From a virus, in IMG/VR virus record IMGVR_UViG_3300020156_000023, positions 1 to 64,000 of that record: 64,000 nt of DNA; one strand, written 5' to 3'. The notes under the pieces were generated by a model. The model did not search any database, was not told the DNA's origin, and saw nothing but the letters and a program-made list of their open reading frames with translations. Each line of letters opens with the position of its first letter. The first letter of the stretch is position 1. The translations under genes were made by a program, and so were the position numbers. This document shows positions 29,701-38,946 of the stretch, in pieces.

Positions 29701-32700
29701 CTTTACCATCAGCACCTAAGTTAAGTAGGTACCTTTGATATGAATCTCCAAGCATAGTGAAGTTCTCTGATGCATTAGAAGATAATAATGAGTCCATTGC
29801 AAATGCAGTAGTCTCAGCTATATCAGTTACAAGTGGCTTAAATATTTTTTTCTGTACCATATCTGAAGGAGATTGGTAAACAGATTTATATATATTAAGC
29901 ATTACATTCTCATAAGCTTTTATCTTCATCTTGTTCCTCTTGTATACCTCAACATTTACAACATTCTGTAAATCTTCATCCTGAAGAGTACTTAGGAAAT
30001 CATCAACAAGTTCTTCTACAGAGTAATCCTTATAAGGAAGCTCTTTGATTATACCATCTCTATTTAAATAATAATTACTCTTATATACATATCTCTTATC
30101 AATATCATAATCCTCTCCTAACTGTACTGTATGTTCAGCAGGTACTACTAACATATCTCCTGATTGTGGAGGTAAGAACCCTACTACTTTTAATATAACA
30201 CCTGATTGGTGTGATGAAGTAGGTATCCTGAATGAGAAGTTATTAAGAAGAGTTTTATCAATCTTTTCTAACCTTAATTGTCTTCCTGTTACTTTACCTT
30301 CACTATCTACTATAGGCTCTGAGTAATCATCAGACATCATATCAATAAGTTGTGTACTCTTAGAACCATCTTCATTATGTATTGTTACCCTATAGTGAGA
30401 TTGTATTAGAACCTCAGACTCCATTATCCTTCCATTAGAATTCTTAGTAGCTTTTAACCTACCAACCCTGTTAGGGTCAATCCATACTATACCTTGTCTT
30501 GAGTTAGCATCCAACTCATCAAGAGTGGTTACTTTCTCAAAACCTTCTGATGAAGTAGAGATATGTCCATTACCTGGGAGCTTGTGTGCAATTAACCTAT
30601 TAGATATTAAGGCTTGTAATAAAGCTTCAAACTTGTTAGCATTAGCATCAAGCATTAGAGGAATCTCAGTAGAGATGTTATTCTCATTGATATTCACACC
30701 AAGTACATTCTGTAAGTAATCAGGATATCCTCTTGTAATAATTTCATCTCTTATGATAGAGATTAAGTTATCCATTACTTTTGTTTTCTCTACAATAGTA
30801 AGACTGTTAAAAGGTACTCCTTCCTCTAATCCTAATTCAGAGTATAGTATTTCTTTCTGAGTTTCACTAAACCTTTTATAGATTTCAAAATCTATCTTAT
30901 CTAAATCAACTCCTGATATCATTCCATTCTCAGGAGTAATACCAAGCTCTCTTAATAGTTCCCTTGAATATAAATCAGGGAATATCTTATCAGTTATCTT
31001 ATTGATACCATTAGCTAACTTAATCTTCCAGAACTGAGAACCCATAGTAATATAGTTATCACTATTCTTAGCTAAGAACTTCTTAGTCTTAACTGGAGTC
31101 TCTTGCTGTATCTTAAAGTCAGAATAATTAAGAGTAAGTACAGAGTCTGCTAATAATCCAGAAGGCTGTGCTTCTGATACATTATATAACTCTTCCATAG
31201 GTTTGTAATACAAATCATTCATAGTAAGTTTGGTCTTAGAAGCACCAATCTTATTAGCTGTTTGATATGACATCCTTACAGTCTTACCTGTCCTTTGTTC
31301 AAGAGCTTCAAGTTTCTGCCTTACAGCATCTATCCTTAAGTTCTTAGTTAGTTGAGGTAATAGAGGGAATGAAGAAGACTTAATATATAAAGGCCTCATC
31401 CCTATTATTTTACTTACTTTATTTCCGTTAGCATCAGTAGTTTCAGCTACTAATGGTATCTGTCCTGTATAAACAGGTTTCACAGGTTGCATAACTACAT
31501 TAATCTCATCAGTAGTAACTTCTTCAAACTTATTAGCTGACATCTTATCATAAGCAGATTTAAGGAGTTTTAATTGTTCTTCAGTTAAATCCCCTTTTCT
31601 TTGTAAAATATCAACATGTGCTCTCCAGGTTGTATACTCCTGAGCATCTGTACCAGTCATATTGAAATAACCATCAAGACCTGTAGTAGTATTTTCAAGT
31701 ACTGCTATATTCTCCTGTTTCTGTTCTAATAATCCTTCACTACCATATAAAGCTTCAGTATCATTTTGTTCTAAAGCTTTCTCTATTTTTTTATTTAATT
31801 CATCTATATTATCAAGAGCTGCTGTTTGTTCTAAAGTTAGTTCACCATATTGTGATATGATTAACTCCCTCATAACCTCAGACATACTCTCTACATCATT
31901 TACTTGTACTTGTAGGTATTGTGTATTATAACTACCTGACCTATCCTCTGAATTAGCAAGCTTAGAACCTGGTGCTATAAGTGAGGCTGCCCTCTTATCT
32001 ACAATTACTGATATGGCTTTAGCTATATCTACATATCTGTTATTATTTAACAGAGCTTTAGAATCTATATAAGTTTGTCCATTCTCTGTGTAAGTAGGTA
32101 TTAACTTATCCTTAGAATAGTAAGCAGCATCTCCAAGAAATAACTGATATACATTAGCTTGGTTTAGCATATAGTTCAGAGAGTAATCTGCCATAGCTAA
32201 TCTAATCTGTTCAGTAGTATTACCTTTAAACTGTTTTAGATAAGATGTAGAAATATTAGTTCCATCATGCATTCCAAACAATCTAAGTTCTCCTGCTTCC
32301 CCATCTTTAGATAGCTTAGAATCTACCTGCTCATTTATAACCTCAGAGATGATTCTCTTAGCCTCTGGTATATATTTCTCTATATCATAAGCACCTACTT
32401 TCAATAGGTCATGTATGTTAATTCCACCCACTGTTATAGTATTGAACTTAGGTATAAGAGTAAATATTTTTGATGTATTATCAAACCCTTGTATACCATG
32501 AGTACCATACTTATAAGCATCTATTATCCTATTGAACTCTGATTGGAATAACTGTTCAGTTAAGAAACTTAGTATGTTATCATCAAGCTCAATAGAACCA
32601 TCATCTGCAGTAGAGATATTATGTTTAGCCTCTACAAGTGCAGTCTTAAGATATATCATCCTACCTTTATCAGATAGTGTATTGAAAGGTAACTGACCTA

Positions 32701-35700
32701 CCCTGAAAGTAAGTCCTGCTCTAATATCTGTTGGATTAGATAGATTAGAAAAACCTTTTAAGTTCATGAATAATCCCATAGTAGCAGATAAGTTATCCTG
32801 TGGAGATATCTTATCAAAGTCTGCATCAGAATATAAATCCCTACCATGTACTTTATAAGCTTCTGGTGAAGAGAAGTCTATAGATAATATGTTCTTAAAG
32901 TTAGGGTCATCTTTTAATAACTGTAATAATACATTATTCTTTGTATACCCTATCTCCTGAAGTGTATCTATAATATCATCCCTGTTAGAAGTTAACTTCT
33001 TAATTGTATCATAAGCAGAAGTATTTTGTATAGTACCCTGCATTACTTTACCACCAACCCTTATAGACTTAGCTATATTAGTTCCATTTAGAGATATCTC
33101 CATCTCTATTAATCTGTTAAGGGCACCTGAAGCATTATCGAATAGATTGTTCTCAGGTTCTGTAAGCACTACATCTATTGTTCCATTATCAGATTTATCT
33201 ATTAATCCAGTTAAACCTTTCTCTATATAGAATAGGATACCATTCTTCTGACTAAATGGATTAGTTGTTTTTAAGTACTCATCAATTGTATTATCACTAA
33301 AGTCTAATCCAAAGTGATAGAATATTTCTTTTACTTTATCTTTCTCTAAATTATTAGTTCCACTATTTTCTTTAATCCTATTCTTTAAAGCTGTTTGGTA
33401 TTTCTTAGCCACCTCAAGATTTAATACCCTTTCATTTCTTTCATTAGTTCTTGAGAATACAGAAGTATAGGTAAAGAAATCTCTAATCTGAGCTCTTAAC
33501 CTTATATCTTCCTTCTGGTTATTCTCATCTATAACCTGTAGCTCATACCCAGTAACATTACCTGCCTTATCAGTAATTACCCTGTTAAGTACTTTATAGA
33601 TATTAAGTCTTGAAGATATCATTTTATATAATAACTCATTCCTTAATTGTTCTGTAAATACTTCTTCATTCTCAAACTTAGATTTAAGTTGAGAATATAT
33701 ATTACCTTTACCTGTCTGGTACATATAGTCAAGCTTATCTATAAAGGTATCCCAGTCAGAGATAATCTCCGTAGTTATATCTTTAAGCCTTAGTTCTACA
33801 TCATCAGCAGATTCAAATTGAGGTAGTCCTGTAAGTACAGATACTACTTTATTTTTATTTTCTCCCTGAAGTTTAGGTATACCAAATAGAGATAACTTAA
33901 GTTTATTACTATAAGATAGTTTCAAATCTTTCTCCATGAATGACTTAGTGAAACTCTCATCAGCATCAGCTAATAAGTCAGTCTCATTCTCTTGTTCATC
34001 CTGTGCAATATTATCTAAATCCTGTATATCTAAATCCTCAGATTGTTGTAAATCTAAGTTTAGGAGTTTATCAAACTCCTTAGTTATAGAACCTTTGTTA
34101 TTAACATCCAATGAAGTTAACTTCAAAGACTCATTAACAACTCCTTGTAATTTATTAATCCTAACTTGTAACTCTCTTATGTTAGGAGAATTAGCAAGAG
34201 CAGGTATCTTAGACATGTTATCATATATAGCCTTATAGTTATTAAGTATAGGTTGTACATGTTTAGATACTGATTGTGATATTAACCTTTTAATATCACT
34301 CTCCTTAACTCCTGCTTTGAAATCTATATCAGATATAATTAAGTTCTTTAATGAACCTACTAACTCTGATTGTTCCCTTGTACTAAGGGTAGTAATCTTA
34401 TTTGTATTAAATTTAGTAAACCTATCTCTTTCTTCCTGAGAGTTAACTCTTCTTGAGCTAAGTATCTCTGGATTATCTAATCCATCTACAGGAGTTCCAA
34501 GAGTTGCATATAAAGCTTTCTCTTCCTCAGATAATGAATTATAGAACTCTTGCTCTGCAGTTTCATATTCCTGAGGAGTTTCTATTATATTCTGTTGTAC
34601 TTGTTCTATTAAACCTTGTGAACTTGTAGGTACTGTAAGCTCCCTATCTATAGGTAATGAAATATTAATTACAGGTTGTATATCTGTAATCCATTTCTTA
34701 GTTCCATCTATAGTTTCAATCTCATGTGACCTTACATTTGTAAACACGTTAGTTTTAATAAAGTCATTGTAGTCCTGATAGTTATTTACTGGAGTCCCAG
34801 TATTATCAAGAGTTACAAATCCTTTACCTGCATATACTGTAGAGTTAAGCCTATCAAAATTAATATTAAAAGCAGAACTCATAACTGAACCATTCATATC
34901 ATTAAATGCTGATACAAGGTTAGCCATATATATATCTACATTAGTTACTTTAGAACCAAATGAAGAAGGTCTTGCTTTATCTACTTTAGTTTGATTAGCT
35001 TTATTGTATACCTTTAATTCTCCTTTACCAAAGCTATCAAAGAAAGTTTGACCTGCTGGTATATTATCATTGTTTTGTTGTTGTGTTAAGTAGGCATCTT
35101 TATATTTAGCTGAACCTACCTGTACAAACAATCCTACATATCCTGTCAGGTTATTCTCTATATTAATACCTACAGTATTAGATATGGCATTCTTAATATC
35201 TTTAGCTTTAGATATAGTTATACCATAATCTGATTTAATCCTTTCTACAAGGTCAGTATTATCTATATTATTAAGTACAGTAGCAGCAAGAGTAGAATAC
35301 TTAATTGAATTAAATATCTCTGCTGGAAGAGTACTCTTTAAATTATCATTGTTTGCTACAGGACTTTTCTGTAGTACATGAAGAGCTATATATACAGGCT
35401 CTCCATCTTTTACATAAACTTCCCTTAGGTCTACTATACCACCAACATTATATCCTTCTCCTATAGTACCAATTATCTTACCCTTAAAAGGTTTACCTTT
35501 CTGAGTATATAAAGTTTTAACTCCATTATCCTCAAGTATAAAAGCTAACTCAGAATTACCTGTAGCCTCTCTCAATGTTATTGGCTCAGAATTCCTGTGT
35601 TCATTTATTTTATCAATTTGTCCAAAAGACTTTCCAGATACTTGTAATATATTATCTCCTGAAAGTATAGCTTCTCTAAGAGCTACTGTATTATTATATC

Positions 35701-38700
35701 CAGTTTGTGCTATATCAACCCTGTCTTGTTCTGATAAGTTACTGTTTATATTCTCAGGTATATACCATGTAGCATCAGATATGAAACTAACAGGTACAGG
35801 AGAGCCACTCACATCTTTGTAAGCTATCATTGGTACTTTAGCAACATACCTTGGGTCTTCTTCAGTAAGAGAATATTTTCTCTTATAATCCCCCCAAGTA
35901 ATTTTAACAGGCTTATTATCTATTAGTTCTGTAATAGGAACTGAGTCATTATCAAATACATATACTGCAAGATTATCTCCTTGTGAGATAAATTCAGGGT
36001 CAAGTATATAATCATTTCCTATAAAAGGATTTGTAACTAAACTATCTGAAGTAATTATAAATTCTCCAGATGGACCCCTTTCATATTCCTGGTGATAATG
36101 AGATAATTTAATTGCTGGAGAAGTAGTTCTTCTATCATTCTCTATAGTATTCTTAGTCTCAATTATATCCATAGGAGCTCCATGCACATCAAATACATCT
36201 TGCTTAGCTGTAGATATTTGTGCATTCTGAGTTACAGCATTTGTCTTTTCATAGAAATCTGTTACTTCATCTTCTGTAAGAGTTCCCTCAAGTAGTTCAT
36301 TAAGTAATTCATCCCTATTAAAGAAGTTACTATATACTTCTCCTATATTAGAGATAGGCCTTCCTGTAGCTTCCCATACCCTTCTATAAGCATCAAACAT
36401 TCTTTCTGCTTCATCAAATCCAAACTTCTCTATTCTTGAGTGTATGAAATCTTTAAATTCAGCTATCCTGTTTATATCTTTTTCAATACTAGCTATAGTA
36501 TCATTAGCAAGGTCTATAGCTCTCTGAGGAATATCTCCTATACTCCTTCTTGAGAACTGACTATCCTCACTTGATACTAAAGGCATTTCTACATTATCTG
36601 TAGAACCTACTGCTCCTAATCCTTTAAGAGCTTCATTAAGTTCTTCATCTGTTGCAGCTCTTTCCTTAGAATTAGGTATAGGTTGTTCATTAAGACCAAC
36701 CTCAGGAGCTATCTCTTGTATCTTATCATTTATATCTAATTGCTCAACTTTCCTTTGAGCAAGTTCCTGCATTTTATTATCAGCAACACCCGCAGCTGCA
36801 GCTTTAGTTAATTCTTTTTGTACAGCTTCCTTGGTTTTTGCATTCTCAATTGCTTTCTCTTGTCCTTTCTTAATATTTTCATTTATCTTCTTAAGGTCTT
36901 TTAAATCTTTAAGGTCAGCAATATTTTGCTGAATAGATTGATTAATAGATACTTTAGAAACTTCTGCATTAATATAAGGTTGTCTTGATATAGAAGGGAC
37001 AATAGTCTTATCCTTAGTACTATAAGGAGCAGCTTCAGAGAATTCTGCTTTAAGTTCAGATAATCTTTCTGCATCTACCTGAGATAGTTCTCTTGTAGTT
37101 GTATCTCTTGATACCTGTTCTAAAGCAATAATCTCATTCTCCATTCTAAACCTGTCTTTACCCTCTGGAGATAACATGTTGAATTGAGTATCCTTATTAT
37201 AAGCAGTTTGTAAATCAATATCATATTGATTTAATCTTTCTAAATTCTTAATATTAGAAAATTCTTTCTTAACAATATTAAAAGCAGATTCAAAATGCTG
37301 TGTAACATTATTTAAATTGTTCTCAAGTAAATCTTTTATTCTTTGAGAATCTTGTATGTTTTCCTGGAATGTAGTTTTAATAGTTTCAAATGAACCTTGA
37401 TATTTCTCTTTACCTTGTTCATCCACTAATCCAAATTTCTTTAGAGTATCTACATCAGCTGAGTTAACAGCATCCAGTATAGTTTGCAATTGATTAACAT
37501 GTGCATCAAATCCTTTAGTATCTCCATTAAGGTAATCATACTGAAGTGCATTGATAGCATTAGTTAAGTGAGAGTTATATCTTGCACCCTCAACTTCTTC
37601 TTTAGCTTTTTGTAATTTAATTGTATTCTCAGGAGTTCTGTTAGTTACAAAATCCTTCTGAGCTTGTATATAATTTTGAGCAATCCTATCCTGTTCAGCA
37701 AAGCTATTTGCTGTTCTTGTGAAAGAATCCTTTATAAAGTCTTGTTGTATCTGAACCTTATCTATTAGACCTCTATCCTGGAATACTTTATTTAAAGCAT
37801 TACCACCACCTGCAAATAGGGCACCACCAAAGATACCTGCTATAACAGAGTCTGTAGTTTCAGGACTCCATACATCAAACTCCTGAATAGTTTCAAGATT
37901 CTCTACATCAGTTTTATGTTGTGCATATCTTCCTATAGTAGTTTGTACACCTTCTTCAAGACCCTCAGATACAGCATTACTAACAAGGTTAGCACCTGTC
38001 TGTACAGTCCTGTTAGAACCTGTAGGTATCTTTGATAATAGTGATTCACCTAATGAAGAGAAACCAGTCTTTACTTCTGGGTTACCTTTGAAAGCACCAC
38101 CCTTACCAAATATAGATGCGAACTGTAATCCATTAACAATCATTAGTGGAGCTACCTCAGTCCTATAGGCAAATGTAGCTGCCTCTGCAGCTATTCTTTT
38201 AGCATCAGCATCAGAATAACCTTTAGCTTTATATTCCTGGTATACTTGTTCCATAGTTTCCATACCATTCATATATCCTTCCTGAACTCCTTTCCACATA
38301 CCAAAGCCACCTTGTCCTAATAATCTTGTTTTATTAGCAAGTCCAGCAGCTCCAGCACCTGGAGCAATACTATTAATTAAAGCTTGTTCAGCAAGTATCT
38401 CAGTAATGATACCACCAGTATAACCAAGGCTTTGAGTCATCTTACCCCAATAGTTAGCACTCATCATAGAGTCTCCATATTGGTATATCTCAAGGCCAGT
38501 CATATCTTTACCCCACTTAGATGCAGCTGATTCATTTAACCAGTTACCAAACTCTTCTTCAGAGTTTCCTGCAGCCATATTATACATACCTTGTAAATCC
38601 CATGAAGCAGCAGCATCAGTAAAACCTGCAACAGCTTGTTTACCAAACCCTGCTATAGCTCTACCAAATATCTCTCCACCAGATTGATATGCACCTAATA

Positions 38701-38941
38701 AAGGAGTGTTATCTTCACCTGCTTGAAATGGTACACCAAGCCTGTTTAATTCAGTGGCACCTGGTGTTGTATGTACAGTATCCCACCCTCCTAACATTCC
38801 CCAGAAAGGATTATCTGTAGAGTATACAGGAGCTCCTGGAAGCTCTTGTCCTGTACCATAATTAACAGGTACATCAATCCTACCTAATTCTCCATGAAAA
38901 GGGTTCTGTGCTAAAAAGGCTTTGATTTCTTCTTCATTCAT
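26783..38941 (-). CDS. Giant virion-packaged DNA-dependent RNA polymerase (crAss-type), multidomain
   Basis: Catalytic GEDYDIDK motif (30098-30112) preceded by FRIPTS; 4052 aa; degenerate zincin-like C-terminal domain. Confidence 0.9.
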   Translation of the reverse strand: MNEEEIKAFLAQNPFHGELGRIDVPVNYGTGQELPGAPVYSTDNPFWGMLGGWDTVHTTPGATELNRLGVPFQAGEDNTPLLGAYQSGGEIFGRAIAGFGKQAVAGFTDAAASWDLQGMYNMAAGNSEEEFGNWLNESAASKWGKDMTGLEIYQYGDSMMSANYWGKMTQSLGYTGGIITEILAEQALINSIAPGAGAAGLANKTRLLGQGGFGMWKGVQEGYMNGMETMEQVYQEYKAKGYSDADAKRIAAEAATFAYRTEVAPLMIVNGLQFASIFGKGGAFKGNPEVKTGFSSLGESLLSKIPTGSNRTVQTGANLVSNAVSEGLEEGVQTTIGRYAQHKTDVENLETIQEFDVWSPETTDSVIAGIFGGALFAGGGNALNKVFQDRGLIDKVQIQQDFIKDSFTRTANSFAEQDRIAQNYIQAQKDFVTNRTPENTIKLQKAKEEVEGARYNSHLTNAINALQYDYLNGDTKGFDAHVNQLQTILDAVNSADVDTLKKFGLVDEQGKEKYQGSFETIKTTFQENIQDSQRIKDLLENNLNNVTQHFESAFNIVKKEFSNIKNLERLNQYDIDLQTAYNKDTQFNMLSPEGKDRFRMENEIIALEQVSRDTTTRELSQVDAERLSELKAEFSEAAPYSTKDKTIVPSISRQPYINAEVSKVSINQSIQQNIADLKDLKDLKKINENIKKGQEKAIENAKTKEAVQKELTKAAAAGVADNKMQELAQRKVEQLDINDKIQEIAPEVGLNEQPIPNSKERAATDEELNEALKGLGAVGSTDNVEMPLVSSEDSQFSRRSIGDIPQRAIDLANDTIASIEKDINRIAEFKDFIHSRIEKFGFDEAERMFDAYRRVWEATGRPISNIGEVYSNFFNRDELLNELLEGTLTEDEVTDFYEKTNAVTQNAQISTAKQDVFDVHGAPMDIIETKNTIENDRRTTSPAIKLSHYHQEYERGPSGEFIITSDSLVTNPFIGNDYILDPEFISQGDNLAVYVFDNDSVPITELIDNKPVKITWGDYKRKYSLTEEDPRYVAKVPMIAYKDVSGSPVPVSFISDATWYIPENINSNLSEQDRVDIAQTGYNNTVALREAILSGDNILQVSGKSFGQIDKINEHRNSEPITLREATGNSELAFILEDNGVKTLYTQKGKPFKGKIIGTIGEGYNVGGIVDLREVYVKDGEPVYIALHVLQKSPVANNDNLKSTLPAEIFNSIKYSTLAATVLNNIDNTDLVERIKSDYGITISKAKDIKNAISNTVGINIENNLTGYVGLFVQVGSAKYKDAYLTQQQNNDNIPAGQTFFDSFGKGELKVYNKANQTKVDKARPSSFGSKVTNVDIYMANLVSAFNDMNGSVMSSAFNINFDRLNSTVYAGKGFVTLDNTGTPVNNYQDYNDFIKTNVFTNVRSHEIETIDGTKKWITDIQPVINISLPIDRELTVPTSSQGLIEQVQQNIIETPQEYETAEQEFYNSLSEEEKALYATLGTPVDGLDNPEILSSRRVNSQEERDRFTKFNTNKITTLSTREQSELVGSLKNLIISDIDFKAGVKESDIKRLISQSVSKHVQPILNNYKAIYDNMSKIPALANSPNIRELQVRINKLQGVVNESLKLTSLDVNNKGSITKEFDKLLNLDLQQSEDLDIQDLDNIAQDEQENETDLLADADESFTKSFMEKDLKLSYSNKLKLSLFGIPKLQGENKNKVVSVLTGLPQFESADDVELRLKDITTEIISDWDTFIDKLDYMYQTGKGNIYSQLKSKFENEEVFTEQLRNELLYKMISSRLNIYKVLNRVITDKAGNVTGYELQVIDENNQKEDIRLRAQIRDFFTYTSVFSRTNERNERVLNLEVAKKYQTALKNRIKENSGTNNLEKDKVKEIFYHFGLDFSDNTIDEYLKTTNPFSQKNGILFYIEKGLTGLIDKSDNGTIDVVLTEPENNLFDNASGALNRLIEMEISLNGTNIAKSIRVGGKVMQGTIQNTSAYDTIKKLTSNRDDIIDTLQEIGYTKNNVLLQLLKDDPNFKNILSIDFSSPEAYKVHGRDLYSDADFDKISPQDNLSATMGLFMNLKGFSNLSNPTDIRAGLTFRVGQLPFNTLSDKGRMIYLKTALVEAKHNISTADDGSIELDDNILSFLTEQLFQSEFNRIIDAYKYGTHGIQGFDNTSKIFTLIPKFNTITVGGINIHDLLKVGAYDIEKYIPEAKRIISEVINEQVDSKLSKDGEAGELRLFGMHDGTNISTSYLKQFKGNTTEQIRLAMADYSLNYMLNQANVYQLFLGDAAYYSKDKLIPTYTENGQTYIDSKALLNNNRYVDIAKAISVIVDKRAASLIAPGSKLANSEDRSGSYNTQYLQVQVNDVESMSEVMRELIISQYGELTLEQTAALDNIDELNKKIEKALEQNDTEALYGSEGLLEQKQENIAVLENTTTGLDGYFNMTGTDAQEYTTWRAHVDILQRKGDLTEEQLKLLKSAYDKMSANKFEEVTTDEINVVMQPVKPVYTGQIPLVAETTDANGNKVSKIIGMRPLYIKSSSFPLLPQLTKNLRIDAVRQKLEALEQRTGKTVRMSYQTANKIGASKTKLTMNDLYYKPMEELYNVSEAQPSGLLADSVLTLNYSDFKIQQETPVKTKKFLAKNSDNYITMGSQFWKIKLANGINKITDKIFPDLYSRELLRELGITPENGMISGVDLDKIDFEIYKRFSETQKEILYSELGLEEGVPFNSLTIVEKTKVMDNLISIIRDEIITRGYPDYLQNVLGVNINENNISTEIPLMLDANANKFEALLQALISNRLIAHKLPGNGHISTSSEGFEKVTTLDELDANSRQGIVWIDPNRVGRLKATKNSNGRIMESEVLIQSHYRVTIHNEDGSKSTQLIDMMSDDYSEPIVDSEGKVTGRQLRLEKIDKTLLNNFSFRIPTSSHQSGVILKVVGFLPPQSGDMLVVPAEHTVQLGEDYDIDKRYVYKSNYYLNRDGIIKELPYKDYSVEELVDDFLSTLQDEDLQNVVNVEVYKRNKMKIKAYENVMLNIYKSVYQSPSDMVQKKIFKPLVTDIAETTAFAMDSLLSSNASENFTMLGDSYQRYLLNLGADGKGGIGKHSNAVTFEAQLQRLPDDQKLQLKKFIYNEREKAREWVDAEETIGGLTSTGKLGAQYKTLDGYRDIAEQHGENQNVSTDNINKQIMGKRNENSYTMGVYALMAMRGFDLSLDKVSAPQLKEPTQLHIPSLFVNQPIIRDYVELMQKYSSITAEFLPNKELFVVQQLVQKYGFPTEVNNTVDFLPEEMYEQMSEKMDGQRLWDNLEVGPAMEPELQLAVLQKFMRFKTEENQLAKAQRLINLSTSKLGVSYFETLQRISMLDDLGLDRVSGAENLIGESRVNPYDVEELTEEQKLSQITELKAQGFKLVGKYFWKPTTTEGVMLLNSLSAAQDLMDIFFPYNHPTIKETISYIFAQKNKDVNDTSGSALKWKYEIMTAFRDFAYSGTNTTLFRGDVNEERRRLFFNTESNFSLAKILQTLRKEKNPIMDNLFLKDLQLQVRDVVPSLITATANFNTNFDKTTKYEAFLELVNDHTNLGMYNGEVMTPHKLAQDLATYAMLSDNQNGATGFRQYIHVDYLKAIGFTKDLRNLIYDINNGKDMSGFVEKFEEQYFQHHPERAFILSNNTVNKDLIQLSDMKAQTTLIRALEEGKNINNLINNQDSFKFDTGIEGYEPEYVAVRNTSIINSENKYSLFKYDPHTGLYIRIETLGTTGYNEYNANAFSQPSLIPNNVDKTSKFKGNVYFDTGLNRQVSYMPVSDIFPESKGISYVLEAYMNSVNTPQEDKEFIENLIKYGNPNAKLVYQKPTNGALGSYNRMTNEIYINPNIYEIILAQNNYNMIEARNVLREIFLEEIIHSMTVREFDKYVQNYNKATGEIELVNNAPTFVTKLVALFQTAQQAIPYDSTDKSTYYSKDIYEFMAGMFVAPDYRERLEAQSPNMVRKFLKIIRDMLGSLYTAVTGENFSYKDETFDAVYSLLKTSGVTQTAPNTQSGNIIEDMKNDDVDLSDTELNDSPREEGFRYPEIKKC

Positions 38942-38946
38942 ATTTA

